From Selaginella moellendorffii (Eukaryota; Plantae; Lycopodiophyta): a DNA stretch of 64,000 bases. Both the position numbers and the translations under genes were made by a program. Shown here piece after piece: positions 41,501-52,693 of this stretch; the first letter of the stretch is position 1, and every line of letters starts with the position of its first letter. The stretch covers positions 277,296 through 341,295 of the forward strand of contig NW_003314385.1 of assembly GCF_000143415.4 (NCBI RefSeq), written 5' to 3'. The notes under the pieces were generated by a model that ran no database searches, was not told the DNA's origin, and saw only the letters and a program-made list of their open reading frames with translations.

Positions 41501-43233
41501 CGATCCCCTGACCGACACCCCCAAGGTACCATCAACATATCAATCTGTTATGCTAAAGCCATGCCTATTCACCTTGGTCACACCGGTGGCTTAACACCAC
41601 CTACATCACCTATCTCTCAAAGACTGAGTCATCCGTCCATGAGTGATCATCCTAGATCCACTCCTTAGCATCCTTAGGATGCCCACAGACATGAGGAATA
41701 GCCTTCCCCAATATCTCTTTTCCGGTCCCCACTAAGTCCCTTCCTGTCCATGGCCATATTCGCCAACATTACCCCTGGATCGAGGCCCACAGGCTCGACA
41801 TCTAAGTCCCACTGTCCTTTGGGACTTCCTCACCATATGACCGTATCCTTGGTCACTGCACTAGAGGATTGCTCCTCTTCCTTTTCACCGTTTAGGACTT
41901 TGGGACAACATTTCGGAACACCATGGCTTTATGTGAGCCTCATGGGTACTCTTCCCACCTTCTGCTTTTGGGTGCTCTAGCCATGGGCTTAGAGCGAGGT
42001 TCTGTTGAGCCACATTAGGTATCCAAGTAGGTAGTGCCACCCACACTTGGACTGGGAGCATTGGCCAGTCGATCTACCGGGGGAACTAGAGCCAGCTCTT
42101 GAACACTTCACCAAGCTACCTCACTTGTCAGTCCATGTTCACTCTAGTCTTGGACTTCCTAGTGGGTAACTCATCACCCAACACTGGATATAGCCTTCTT
42201 GGGCCAAACTAGCCTTTCTTGGCCAAATTGGCTCCACTGCAGTCCTCCCCCTTACTATACTTTTGGAGCTCACCAAAGCCCCCAGGGTCTGGGAGACGAA
42301 CGCTTTGGGCTTTCACCCTCTCAGACTCGAACTCAGACTCAGACTCGGACTTGGACTTGGATTTGGGCTCAGGCTCGGTCTCGGTCAGTCGATCTACCGG
42401 GGGAACTAGAGCCGGCTCTTGAACACTTCACCAAGCTACCCCGCTTGTCAGTCCATGTTCACTCTAGTCTTGGACTTCCTAGTGGGTAGCTCATCACCCA
42501 ACACTGGGTACAGCCTTCCTCAGCAAAACTAGCCTTTCTTGGCCAAACTAGCTCCACTGCAGTCCTCTCCCTTACTATACTTTTGGAGCTCACCAAACCC
42601 CCAGGGTCTGGGAGACGAATGCTTTGGGCTTTCACCCTCTCAGACTCGAACTCGGACTCAGACTCAGACTTGGGCTCGGGCTCGATCTCGGTCCTGATCT
42701 CGGTCTTGGTCTTGGTCTCGGTCCCGGTCTCGGTCTCAACCTCGGACTCCATCTCGGACTCCATCTCAGTCCATCTCGGACTCCATCTCGGTCCATCTCG
42801 GACTCCATTTTGGAGGACTCCATCTTGGGTCCATCTTGGACTCCATCTCGAACTCTATCTTGGACTCCATCTCGGATCCCTCTTGGACTCCATCTTGGAC
42901 TCTGTCTCGGTCCATCTCGGACTCCATCTCGGACTGTGTCTCGGTCCATCTCGGACTCCATCTCAAACTTTGTCTCAGTCCATCTCGGACTCCATCTCAG
43001 ACACTTCCACGTGTCATGTGTTGGTCCTTTTGGGTCCCTTTTTGGAGCCTCGCTTATTGCTCACTTCATGCTTATTCCTCGAGCACTTTGTTGGGAGTTC
43101 CACTCTCACTCTCAACCTTTCAAGTTGGAGCTTTCAGTTTAAACGTGTTTTATTCGTTTGGCTTTTTCTTCGGCCATTACCACATGGCACCCTTTCGGCT
43201 CCACTTTGGGGCTTAGGGATTTTGTGTCTCACA
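35600..43233 (-). mobile_element. Non-autonomous/degenerate LTR retrotransposon (Ty3/gypsy-like), LTRs 35600-37218 and 41329-43233
   Basis: Both LTRs run TGTAA...CTCACA on the plus strand. A degenerate iMet PBS lies at about 41313-41326 and a PPT-like tract at 37219-37230. The TSD is tttag/ttcag, and the empty site TTCAG is seen near 51708. The internal region has only decayed coding remnants. Confidence 0.88.
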
Positions 43234-43376
43234 TTCAGCATATGGGTGGCCTAACGCGAGGATATGGGTACTCCACCAACTAGCATGGTATGGAACTTGG
43301 GCTTAAACCTAACAAGGACAAGTATGCAAACAAAAGGTAGACTCTGCCTCAGGTTAGTTAGCCATGCCCAACCTAC

Positions 43377-44515
43377 TGTAAGGAACCGACTCCCCGAGAT
43401 GTCGTAGGCTAAAGGATCCCCAAAAGCTTGACCGAAGTGACAAAGAGTTCATCGGATGGGACCAAGTCGAGGATCGAGTCCAAGACCGACTCTAGGACCG
43501 AGTTCGAGATAGAGTCCGGAATCGAGTCCGAGACCGACTCGGGGACCGAGTTCGAGACCGAGTTCGAGACGGAGTCCGAGATCCGAAATCGGGTCCAAGA
43601 CCGAGTCCGAGGTCGAGTCCGAGGTCGGGTCCGAGATCGGGTCCGAGATCGAGTCCGTGATCGAGTCCGAACCCGAATCCGAAGTCGGATCCGAAATCGG
43701 GTCCGAGATCGAGCCAGAGACTAAGTCCAAATACTAATACGGGTCAAGGGGTGAAAGCCCAAAGCGTGCGTCTCCCAGGGGGGGGGGGGGGCTGCAGGGG
43801 GTTCCAAAAGTATAGTAGGGATAGTGAGGTCCAGGAACCAGTTTTGAAGGGACTCTCCAGTTGGGCTTCCAAACTGACTTGAGGTTGGGACTGGGACCGA
43901 GGGGCCTTGGGTGGGAGTGAGCATGGACTTGGCTGGTGCCGGAGGGGCCATCCAAGGAAGTGCTCAAGAGAAGCTCCCACTCCCGAAAGGGAAACCGATT
44001 GCGGTGCTCCCGGCTCATGTGGAGTGGTGCCCCACTTGAGTACCATGCGGCTCATTGGTCCTCGCCCTTCCTAGGGGCTTGGGCCTTCCTTCGGGATGGA
44101 AGTGGGGGGCGAGAGGTACCCATACCAGGCCGCTAGGCCACGGTGTTTCGCCCCGGCGTCCCAAAGCAAGTGTTGCACTCAAGACTTGGGATTTAGAGGG
44201 TCCCATGATCAAGTCTTGTGGTACCAAGGGATGTTAGGAACCTGGAAGCTTGGTGTGCTTGGCTGCTTGTGCTTGCGGGGAGTGTAGCCGAACCTTAAGT
44301 CCAGTCTAACCCGGGGAGGGGGATTGGGAGTGATTCGGGAATCCATGGAAGGATGGCTAACACTCCGTTGCTCGTGCAGTGAGTAGCTGAAACCAAGTAG
44401 GAGCTGGTACCATAGGCGAGAACCTTGGCGAGGGAACTTAGCAAAAGCCAAGGCAGTGTTGGACGGATAGGCGAGGTAAGCTGGCAAAGTGGAAAGGAAA
44501 AATTTGTGGCTTACA
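43377..44515. mobile_element. Solo LTR (TGTAAG...CTTACA)
   Basis: A perfect 5-bp TSD, CCTAC, lies at 43372-43376 and 44516-44520. The LTR contains gagtccgagatc-type repeats resembling the neighbouring LTR family in opposite orientation. Confidence 0.9.
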
Positions 44516-44520
44516 CCTAC

Positions 44521-47500
44521 CTATTATCCCTACTATACATTTGGAACCCCCCAAAGCTCCCCCCCCCCTTGAGGAACATATGTTTTGAGCTTTCACCCCA
44601 AGCCTCCTTTAATATCAAGAGTTAATCTCTGGGACAAGCTCAAAACTTACTAAATATGGAATGTCCCTAGATTGCGATTTAGACATGAGATGAACACCAT
44701 AGTGTTCAGGTCAATTTCTACATTCTGTAGATATGCCAAATGAGCAAATTTAAAGACTTTCTATAAATAACATTTGGGACCGAAATAAGAGTAACACAAA
44801 GGGCATGATAGCGAAGGTGTTTGGCAAACATAGTAAGTTATCATTTAGGGAATATTGAGGGACCAATCTCAATATCGCAGGGGTTTTTGATACTAGCAAG
44901 TGCAAGCCAAAAACTCAAGTTTCTCAAACCAGGCCGAGTATGCTCAGCAAGAAACACATAGGGTTCCTACCTTATGTTTATCCAATTTGAGTGTATGGTC
45001 ATTGACCAGTTTCTCAACTAGCTCAAGTGGGAAATTGATAACAGGTCCAGCAATACCGATCTCTTGCCGTCGTGGCAGTAAGGAAAGAATATCCAAAAAG
45101 AAGAGTTGATAGGTAACTTTCGATACCCGAAGTCATATTTGCAACACTCTCCCCCCCTTAGGGAAGATTGACGTCCTCGTCAATGCATACTCAAGTCTAG
45201 ACCACTGCTAAGGAAACAACTCCAAAAAAAGTTCACGGTGATCATACTATGTGAGAAATGCATCAACTTAAATGAGTTAGGGGTGACCTTTGTGTCTAAT
45301 GCGGATGCGCTACCAACTCAGACACCTTCCTGCCATCGCCGACAAGAAAATACTAACGGAGTTAGCCATTCTTGCTACTCTAGGTGTCACCCAACTTACA
45401 AAAGTGTGATACGCCCCTGCTCGCAAGGACATAAAGAGAGAAGCCAGAGGCCCCAACCCTCCTGAGAAAAGAAACCAAGCCCATCGGTAAAGTTTAGATA
45501 GACTATTGTAAATAGGCAGTTAGAGTTGTTTACACGGTTACACCCTTTTCAAACGACAAAAAGAACATTGACAGAGAGGCGGGTGATGTGACTAGTCGAC
45601 AGTAGCTACCCCATGACTAAAGATTTCACCATGCATACGAAGTGCCGAAGCCAATCTGCTTATACTTGCCCAAACTCAAATATTAATAGATGGACAATAT
45701 CAAAGTCATAAACATTGATAACTTAGAGACTTAATTATTAGTGATTAAATCTTAGATTAGAACACAAAATTATTCTAAGTAAGTTATCAACCGATAAACC
45801 AGTATGATAGTATAGAAACCACCAAGATCATCATTTTTGGAAACATAAAATTGACAATCCAACAAAATTCAATAGCAAGTATACCATCAATAACACTTGA
45901 TGATAAAACTTAACTATCAAAGGTTTTAGATAGCATGCTAAACAACTTACGTAGGATAACTCAAAGAACACAAAGTTTCATCGACTAGCAAGAAAATGCT
46001 TGCGAATGTATCACTCAAAGGAAATAACATCCAAATCTATTAGAACTAACTTGAGCAACAATCAACAGAACAAAATGAATGCGGTAAAACCAACAAACAC
46101 CCATTCATGTCAACTATCACAAAAGTCAATTTGAATAAATCCTAGTCAACAATATGAACGAACTAAAGTTGTTTAAGGAAGCGTTAGCAATATTCTACCG
46201 ATATCTTAAACCCAAGAGACCAATCCACACATTTGGGCGCAAAGGCTTTGCAATCATTTCTTGGGTATGGATTTTGGTTACCTTTTTGTACTAGAGTAAT
46301 GAGCTTTCGCTTGGCTCATAAGTTGGATTGAGATGTTCCGTTTGCACAAGTTTACGCTTGAGCTCGTGAATGAGGCACATTAGCAACTCAAGATTACACT
46401 TTGAGTTAGCAGGAATAATATTAGCCTATTGGTGGTTCCATGAGTTGTTCCTTGTACAATGGAATAAAGTAAACTTCCCTGGGTTTGCTATGAGTGGCAA
46501 ATATGCTAGTCCGTAGTTGTTTAGCACGGCACTAGTGGATCCTTCCTAGGCAAGATTATAAATGGATCAATCAAGACAATAGGGATTAGTCTATTAGTTC
46601 AAGTAGTCATTGTTGTGCTCTTTCATAAACTTTTTTTGGATTAGACTAAAGGCAGTGCGAAAGCAAGTTTGAGGTTTAGTCAAAGATGAGACCGAAAAGA
46701 GAGTCATTAGGGATGAAAAATCAAACATGTAAATCATCTTTTCTTTTGGAGAAATGGTGTTAACTCATTGTTTGTGTTCACATTATGCAATCAAGAGTCC
46801 CTATCTTGATGCATGTTGGAAATAATGGTCTTGCAAGTGGTGAGTCGTGGGATGGATAGTAGTGAAGCACTGTACTATTTTGTCTAGGCTTGTTAGACTT
46901 GGGTTGCAATGCTCAATTCTTTTTCAGGGAACCTTGCTATTGCTCTTTGAGTAACTTGGTGTTGGATTAGTTTTGAGTTTGGTCGGAAAGAGAGTGGCAT
47001 AAGCTTATTCGTGTTGTGAACAAAAGTTAGTGGTGTTAGGTGTTGTAAATTTCTATTGGTGGAGTGTGGCATTTATGTTGCATTTTGTTGAATAGAGTTG
47101 GCATTTAATATTCACATAAATTTTTGTAGTAGTGACATGGGCGTTGCTTGTAGTGTTGCTCGATTGATGACCAAGTCATTATGATATTATATCATATCCA
47201 TATGATAATGAGCAATGTGTTTACGAAGTTGCTTGGGTAAACGATGATCAACCCCAAAGTGGTTGATGGAGAAGCTAGTCTACTTGCATATAGTAGCATT
47301 ATAGTAGCTTCGACTGGATTCTCAATAATTATCTGTTATACTAAGCATAAATTGATACCTTGGATCTTGAAGGTGGTTGAAGAAGAGTATTGGTGCAATG
47401 TGGATATCTAAAGATATAGTCTTCGTGATCAAACCTTGAATGTTCATTTTTGCATCTTGTGGATATTGGGTTGGAAGTTGAAAGTATAGACAAAGATATT

Positions 47501-47530
47501 CGAGGCTTAAGCATACTATGGGATGTACTA
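44521..47530. mobile_element. Degenerate LTR retroelement debris (host of the nested insertions)
   Basis: A PPT/LTR junction gcaaca|ctctccccccctta sits at about 45141-45160. Sequence is shared with 30370-33110 and 52700-55390. Confidence 0.6.
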
Positions 47531-47549
47531 TGGGATGTCCAAGTTGGCC

Positions 47550-47925
47550 TCGTTGGATATCACTCTGGAACTCCAGGCAAGCTTGTCTATGCGACACTAT
47601 CTGCCACGTTTGACAGGCTCGCAATCAGTTCCTTAGTGTAGCTCAGCTCTCCAGATGTTGCAATGATATCTACCATGAAACCATAGAGCTCATAGCTTGG
47701 ACTCAAGCCATGGTCCTCCACCATCGCCACAAAGTGCTCGTGAGCCTCTGCCACCTTTCCACCATAGCTGCAAGCAGTGAGAACCGCAAATGTAGTGAGC
47801 TTGTCAGACTTGATGTATGAGCTGGACGAAATGAATCTTCCATTAGACCATTCTGGGCATACACCTGTTATCGAATGAAAAATGTACCTTGCGTCGCTGA
47901 CCTTGCCAACCTCTGCATAAGCCAG
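47550..47925 (-). pseudogene. PPR C-terminal fragment
   Basis: Duplicate of 27890-28260 (LTACSYGGKVAEA...VEDHGLSPSYELY). Confidence 0.8.
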
Positions 47926-48039
47926 GGTTGGTCCCGTCCGATCGGCTTTCAGGATATGTCAACCTAAAAAGTTGCCACTCTTTTTTGGCTTCACAGAATG
48001 TTATGCCCGTGAAATGGCGCAACGAAGTACCTCTCGCGA

Positions 48040-49870
48040 GCCGTGAGATCATGTGGGATCAATCACGACCTTGCGGAGGGCAAGCGCGTCCACGCAAGAA
48101 TTCTCAAAGGAAGCCACAGCAAAAACAGGTATCTCACCAATCTCCTCATCGAGATGTATGGGAAATGTGGCAGCCTCGAAGACACACAATTGGTGCTCGA
48201 CTCCATCGACAACCCAAATGCTTCTCCTACACGCTCATGATCCAGGTGTATGCCCACAGCGGCCACGCCCGGTTCATGTGCCAGGTGCGATTCTTGCTGG
48301 ATCGAATGCCTGAGGCCGACGCTGTCACAGCCAACATCATGATCAAGGGATACATATGACTGGGCGATCTTGGCAGCGCCCAAGAGATCTTTTACCGGAT
48401 GGATCACAAGACGCTAGCAACCTCGAGCCTCATGATCGCGGCATATGCCCAATCTGGGCATCTATACAAATCCTGGAACTTGTTCTTACGAATGGAAAGC
48501 CGGGACTTTCTTATCTGGACGGCACTTGTGACTGCGTGTGCTGATATTGGTAACCTCGACGAAGCTCTTCGAGTCCTTCATCAGATGCCGAACTGGGATG
48601 TGGCTCCCTGGACTGTTGTTCTTCCAGCATTTGCCCGGATTGGGGATTATGATTCTGCTAGAAGACTATTTGATAGTATGCCGTACACAGATAGGATCTC
48701 TCAAAATGCAATGCTCAATGTGTATGGACAAGATAATAGGACTCATGAATTGAAACAGCTCTTCCGCAACATGCCCGAGTGGGATATCATAAGCTGGACT
48801 TCTATGATGGCTGCAAATGCCACACAAGGTAATGTGGACGATGCGCGAGGCTTGTTTGACAGGATCCTGCAGCGGAACACTGTGGCATGGAACACCATGA
48901 TCCAGGCTTACGCCGAGAAGAATAACCTCCATGAGGCTCTCTCGATGTTCATGGCGATGGAGCAGCCGGATGTCATCTCCTGGACGCACCTTACTGCTGT
49001 CTTCTCTGAAAATGGATTCCTTGATCAAGCAAAGTTCATGTTTGACAGGATCCCTCTGCGAGATATGGTCTCTTTCAATGGAATGCTTGCGGCTCTCCTC
49101 AAGAACGATTGTCTTGATGATGCCAAGGCAATGTTTAATGAGATCCCGGAGAGAAACCTGGCATCCTGGAATCTCTTGATCGGTGGGTTCTCGGACCAAG
49201 GAGAGCTTGACGCCGTGAAGCATTCGCTGGAGATAATCCCGCAGCGAGACTTCATCTCGTGGAACTCATTGGTGGCAGTCTATGTCCAAGCTCATCAGCT
49301 CGACCAAGCAAAAGCCGCTTTTGACGAACTTCCCCAGCGAGATTGGTCGTCATGGAATCTCTTAGTCTCGGGTTACGCTCAAACAGGAAAACTCCAAACA
49401 GCGGCACAATGGTTCGGTCGAATGCCGCAGTGGAACGTTGTCTCATGGAACGCTCTCATCGCCGGCCATGCCAAGCATGGCGTCGAGTCGATTGCATTGA
49501 ATCTCCTCTCAAGCATGAGCCTGGAAGGAGTAATACCAGACTCAACCACATTTAGCAGCCTTTTGGCCGTCTACAGCCACAAAGGGAGCCGAGAAATCTT
49601 TGGACTCATGGTCCAAGACCACTGGATCGATCCGAGCTTACAGCAGTTTTGCGGTGTGGTGGACGCCTTGGGCCGGAGTGGCAAGCTGAGTGAGGCTGAG
49701 GAGCTTGCGTCTGCCATGCCTTATTTGCCAAACTGTGCGGTATGCAATGCACTGCGTGTAACATCCATAGCGATGTGACTCGCAGTGAGAGAATGGCAAG
49801 CTGCGCAGTGGATGTTGCTCCAAGCTCAGGTACCTCCTACGTGCTCTTGTCCAATATGTCCTCTTGATAA
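48040..49870 (+). pseudogene. PLS-class pentatricopeptide repeat gene, frameshifted, with eroded E-domain end
   Basis: N-terminal LLIEMYGKCGSLED is followed by frameshifts near 48220 and 48355, then the 459-aa ORF 48399-49778 with many 31-35 aa PPR repeats (FDRMP..D.VSWN). Confidence 0.88.
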
Positions 49871-50127
49871 TAATTTAAAAATGTTTCTGTATTATTCTTG
49901 AATTCTTAGGCTACTATATATTATATGCTTGCAAACCTGGAAAAAATATTTTTATGTATTTTTATTACTAGTAAAATTATAAAAGTAGAGAAAAAAGATA
50001 CTGGAATAATTAATAACATATAAAAGGAAAGAGATATTTTAGTATTTTGAAGGCTAATAGTTTAAATTGACTTATGCTATTTTTCAATGTGGCAATTAAA
50101 AGTAATATTAAATATTTAATACAAATT

Positions 50128-51012
50128 TCAACAAAATGATTTTGAATCCCATGCAGGTTTGAATTTGGGATTACTACTAAACGTTTTTTGATATGCATAA
50201 TATAAAACTAAATTACAATCATTTTGCATGACTAAATATGCATCTTGATAACAATTATAGTAATTACATTGAGTATTTGTAGCCCAAACAACAATTTTAT
50301 TATATGAATATAAAACTAAGTTCCCATCTTCTTGTAATCTTAAAATACAATTATTTCCCTTAATTAAAGTTTCTGGAGACCATAAATGTTTATCCTCTTT
50401 ATATACACCTAAGTTGCAATCAAAACTCAAATATAAATATACTTTTCTATTTTCTGAGACTAAAAATTGTGTTGATAATAAGTATTGATGAGACATATCA
50501 GTATAACCACTTATTAAAAAACTTGAGAAAATGTTGCATTTAGTATGTTTCACTAAAACTTGTTGCCCTCTTTGATGTTGCCTATTATAGTTTCTAATAA
50601 AATAATAAATAATAAATCTTTCAGTAGTTATAACAATAAATGAGGCAGCAAAATTATATATATCATCAGTAGACTCATCTAAAATATTTTCTAATAAATA
50701 TCTTACAGTAAAGCCTAGAGTTCCTCTTCCTCTATAATGCTCAACACCACAAATGTCTCCAATTGTATCTAAAAGAAAAACACCAAATCCAATATATGTT
50801 TGTCTTCTATTTATATCTGTAGCTGTTATATGCCCATGAAAACTTTGACTTTGTGGAATTAAATCATTTGGTATTTTACCAATTGCATTTCTAATCCCTT
50901 GTAAAATAGCATTTATAGTGTCTTCACCTAGTACATCACTTTCTCCAGTTTCAATATCAATACTTTCAGAAATTGCAATTATTAGAATAATAAATAGAAT
51001 ATTTTTATACAT
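50128..51012 (-). CDS. Secreted chimeric protein: signal peptide + uncharacterised domain (about 145 aa) + bulb-type (GNA) mannose-binding lectin domain, intact copy 3
   Basis: Signal-like start MYKNILFIILIIAISES. The QxDxNxVxY motifs QEDGNLVLY and QNDCNLVLY and VVWATNT are present. The ORF is intronless and very AT-rich. Confidence 0.8.
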   Translation of the reverse strand: MYKNILFIILIIAISESIDIETGESDVLGEDTINAILQGIRNAIGKIPNDLIPQSQSFHGHITATDINRRQTYIGFGVFLLDTIGDICGVEHYRGRGTLGFTVRYLLENILDESTDDIYNFAASFIVITTERFIIYYFIRNYNRQHQRGQQVLVKHTKCNIFSSFLISGYTDMSHQYLLSTQFLVSENRKVYLYLSFDCNLGVYKEDKHLWSPETLIKGNNCILRLQEDGNLVLYSYNKIVVWATNTQCNYYNCYQDAYLVMQNDCNLVLYYAYQKTFSSNPKFKPAWDSKSFC

Positions 51013-51769
51013 TACATACAAATTAAGAGAAATAAATAAACTCCTTTTACTCTTTAAAACTTTATAAAATAAATGTAAACATTGTCACACATACATAGAG
51101 GTAATATTTATATATATATATGTATTTAGCCTCATTTATTTTTAAACTTCAACTTCTTTCTTTCTGAACATCTAATGTTAAATTTTTTTTATCTTTTTAC
51201 TGTTTTTTAAGCAATATATTTTATTATGCAAATTGCACTCTTATTTATTGACAAATGTAATAAATATTTTTTATTATTTAACTTTTATTATCAATTCCAG
51301 TGCATAAATTAACTTCTTGTATTAGAATTAAGCATGTTTAATAGTGTAGGACATGTGGTTTTTACCTTTTATCCTATGGTGACTTACTATAGGATAACCA
51401 CGGAAGTAGAACCTAAACCCTCCATGTGCCACGTGTCACATGTGACATGCTAAATGCCACGTGTCCAAAGGACAATGGTGTGGAACTCAAGTTTCAGAGC
51501 CTTGGGCCACTGAATGAAGGAACAGTGCCAAACTCCCAAACATGGAACCAAGGAGCAAAGGCACTGGAGCATGAAATAACTTTTGAGTGTACAGCCCAAG
51601 GAGCGAAGGGACAGGAGCATGGAGTGACTTGGAACAGTCCTAGAGCATTTAGCATCCCAATGCCAGGACTAACATGCAAAACAAAGTTAAATAGAGTTTG
51701 GCACTATTTCAGTATATCGATGGCCTAACGTGAAGATATGGGTATTCCACCAACTAGCATTGTGTAGCG

Positions 51770-52275
51770 CATGTGATCATGGGATGAGATTTGGATATAT
51801 TGTCACACTAGATCTTTGGAACTTTGGGGGATAAATGGGGATAAAATAGCCACTAAGGGCTCTCTCATCAAGCAATTGCCCCTTTTCCAGTTGACTTAAG
51901 GGGAGAGAAATAAGGTGCGTTATAGTTGGTATCAGAGCAAATGGCACGGGTTCAATTCCTATTGATTAGTGGCTACTTAAAAATATAATATACCCTTGAG
52001 CAAGGTATATTCCTACCCCTAAATTTGAAATTGTATGTATTAGGCATCCATGTGTACGTCCTTCCTCTTGTGTGGAGTATCCACCGTGGGATTGCGGTAC
52101 GGGTGGATGACTAGTTGCCTCACATGGAATAACTGGTTTACACAATAGAAGGATTGATAGATTTAGTGCGGAAATGGAGGTGTTGTTTCTTTTTGGCTCA
52201 GTAGAGATTGTTAGTCAGTGCACCTTATCTCTCTCCCCTTAAGCTAACTGGAAAAGGCTTCAGAGATGTCAATGT
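51770..52275 (+). mobile_element. TRIM-like mini LTR element fragment
   Basis: The PBS TGGTATCAGAGC lies at about 51927-51938, followed by a non-coding internal region of about 280 bp. It is flanked by inverted 38-bp LTR-end sequences at 51881-51919 and 52220-52257. Confidence 0.55.
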
Positions 52276-52304
52276 CCTCATTGACTATTGGAACCTGGGC
52301 TTAA

Positions 52305-52455
52305 AACAAGCATGCAAACAAAAGGTAAACTATGCAGAACAAGGACAAGTATGCAAACAAAAGGTAGACTATGCAAAACAAGGACAAGCATGCAAACAAA
52401 AGGTAGACTATGTAGAACAAGGACAAGTATGCAAAGAAAAGGTAAACTATACCTC
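52305..52455. repeat. Tandem repeat, about 39-bp unit x4
   Basis: gaacaaggacaagtatgcaaacaaaaggtagactatgca is repeated. Other copies of the same LTR-like repeat carry a single unit. Confidence 0.85.
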
Positions 52456-52593
52456 AGGTTAGTCAACTATACTTGATTTACCTATTATCCCTACTATACA
52501 TTTGGAACCCCCCAAAGCTCCCCCCCCCTCCCCCCCCCTCCCCCCCCCTGCCCCCCCCCCCCCTTGAGGAACATACGCTTTGGGCTTTCACCC

Positions 52594-52693
52594 NNNNNNN
52601 NNNNNNNNNNNNNNNNNNNNNNNNNNNNNNNNNNNNNNNNNNNNNNNNNNNNNNNNNNNNNNNNNNNNNNNNNNNNNNNNNNNNNNNNNNNNN
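52594..52693. other. Assembly gap (100 N)
   Basis: N run following a poly-C tract. Confidence 1.
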
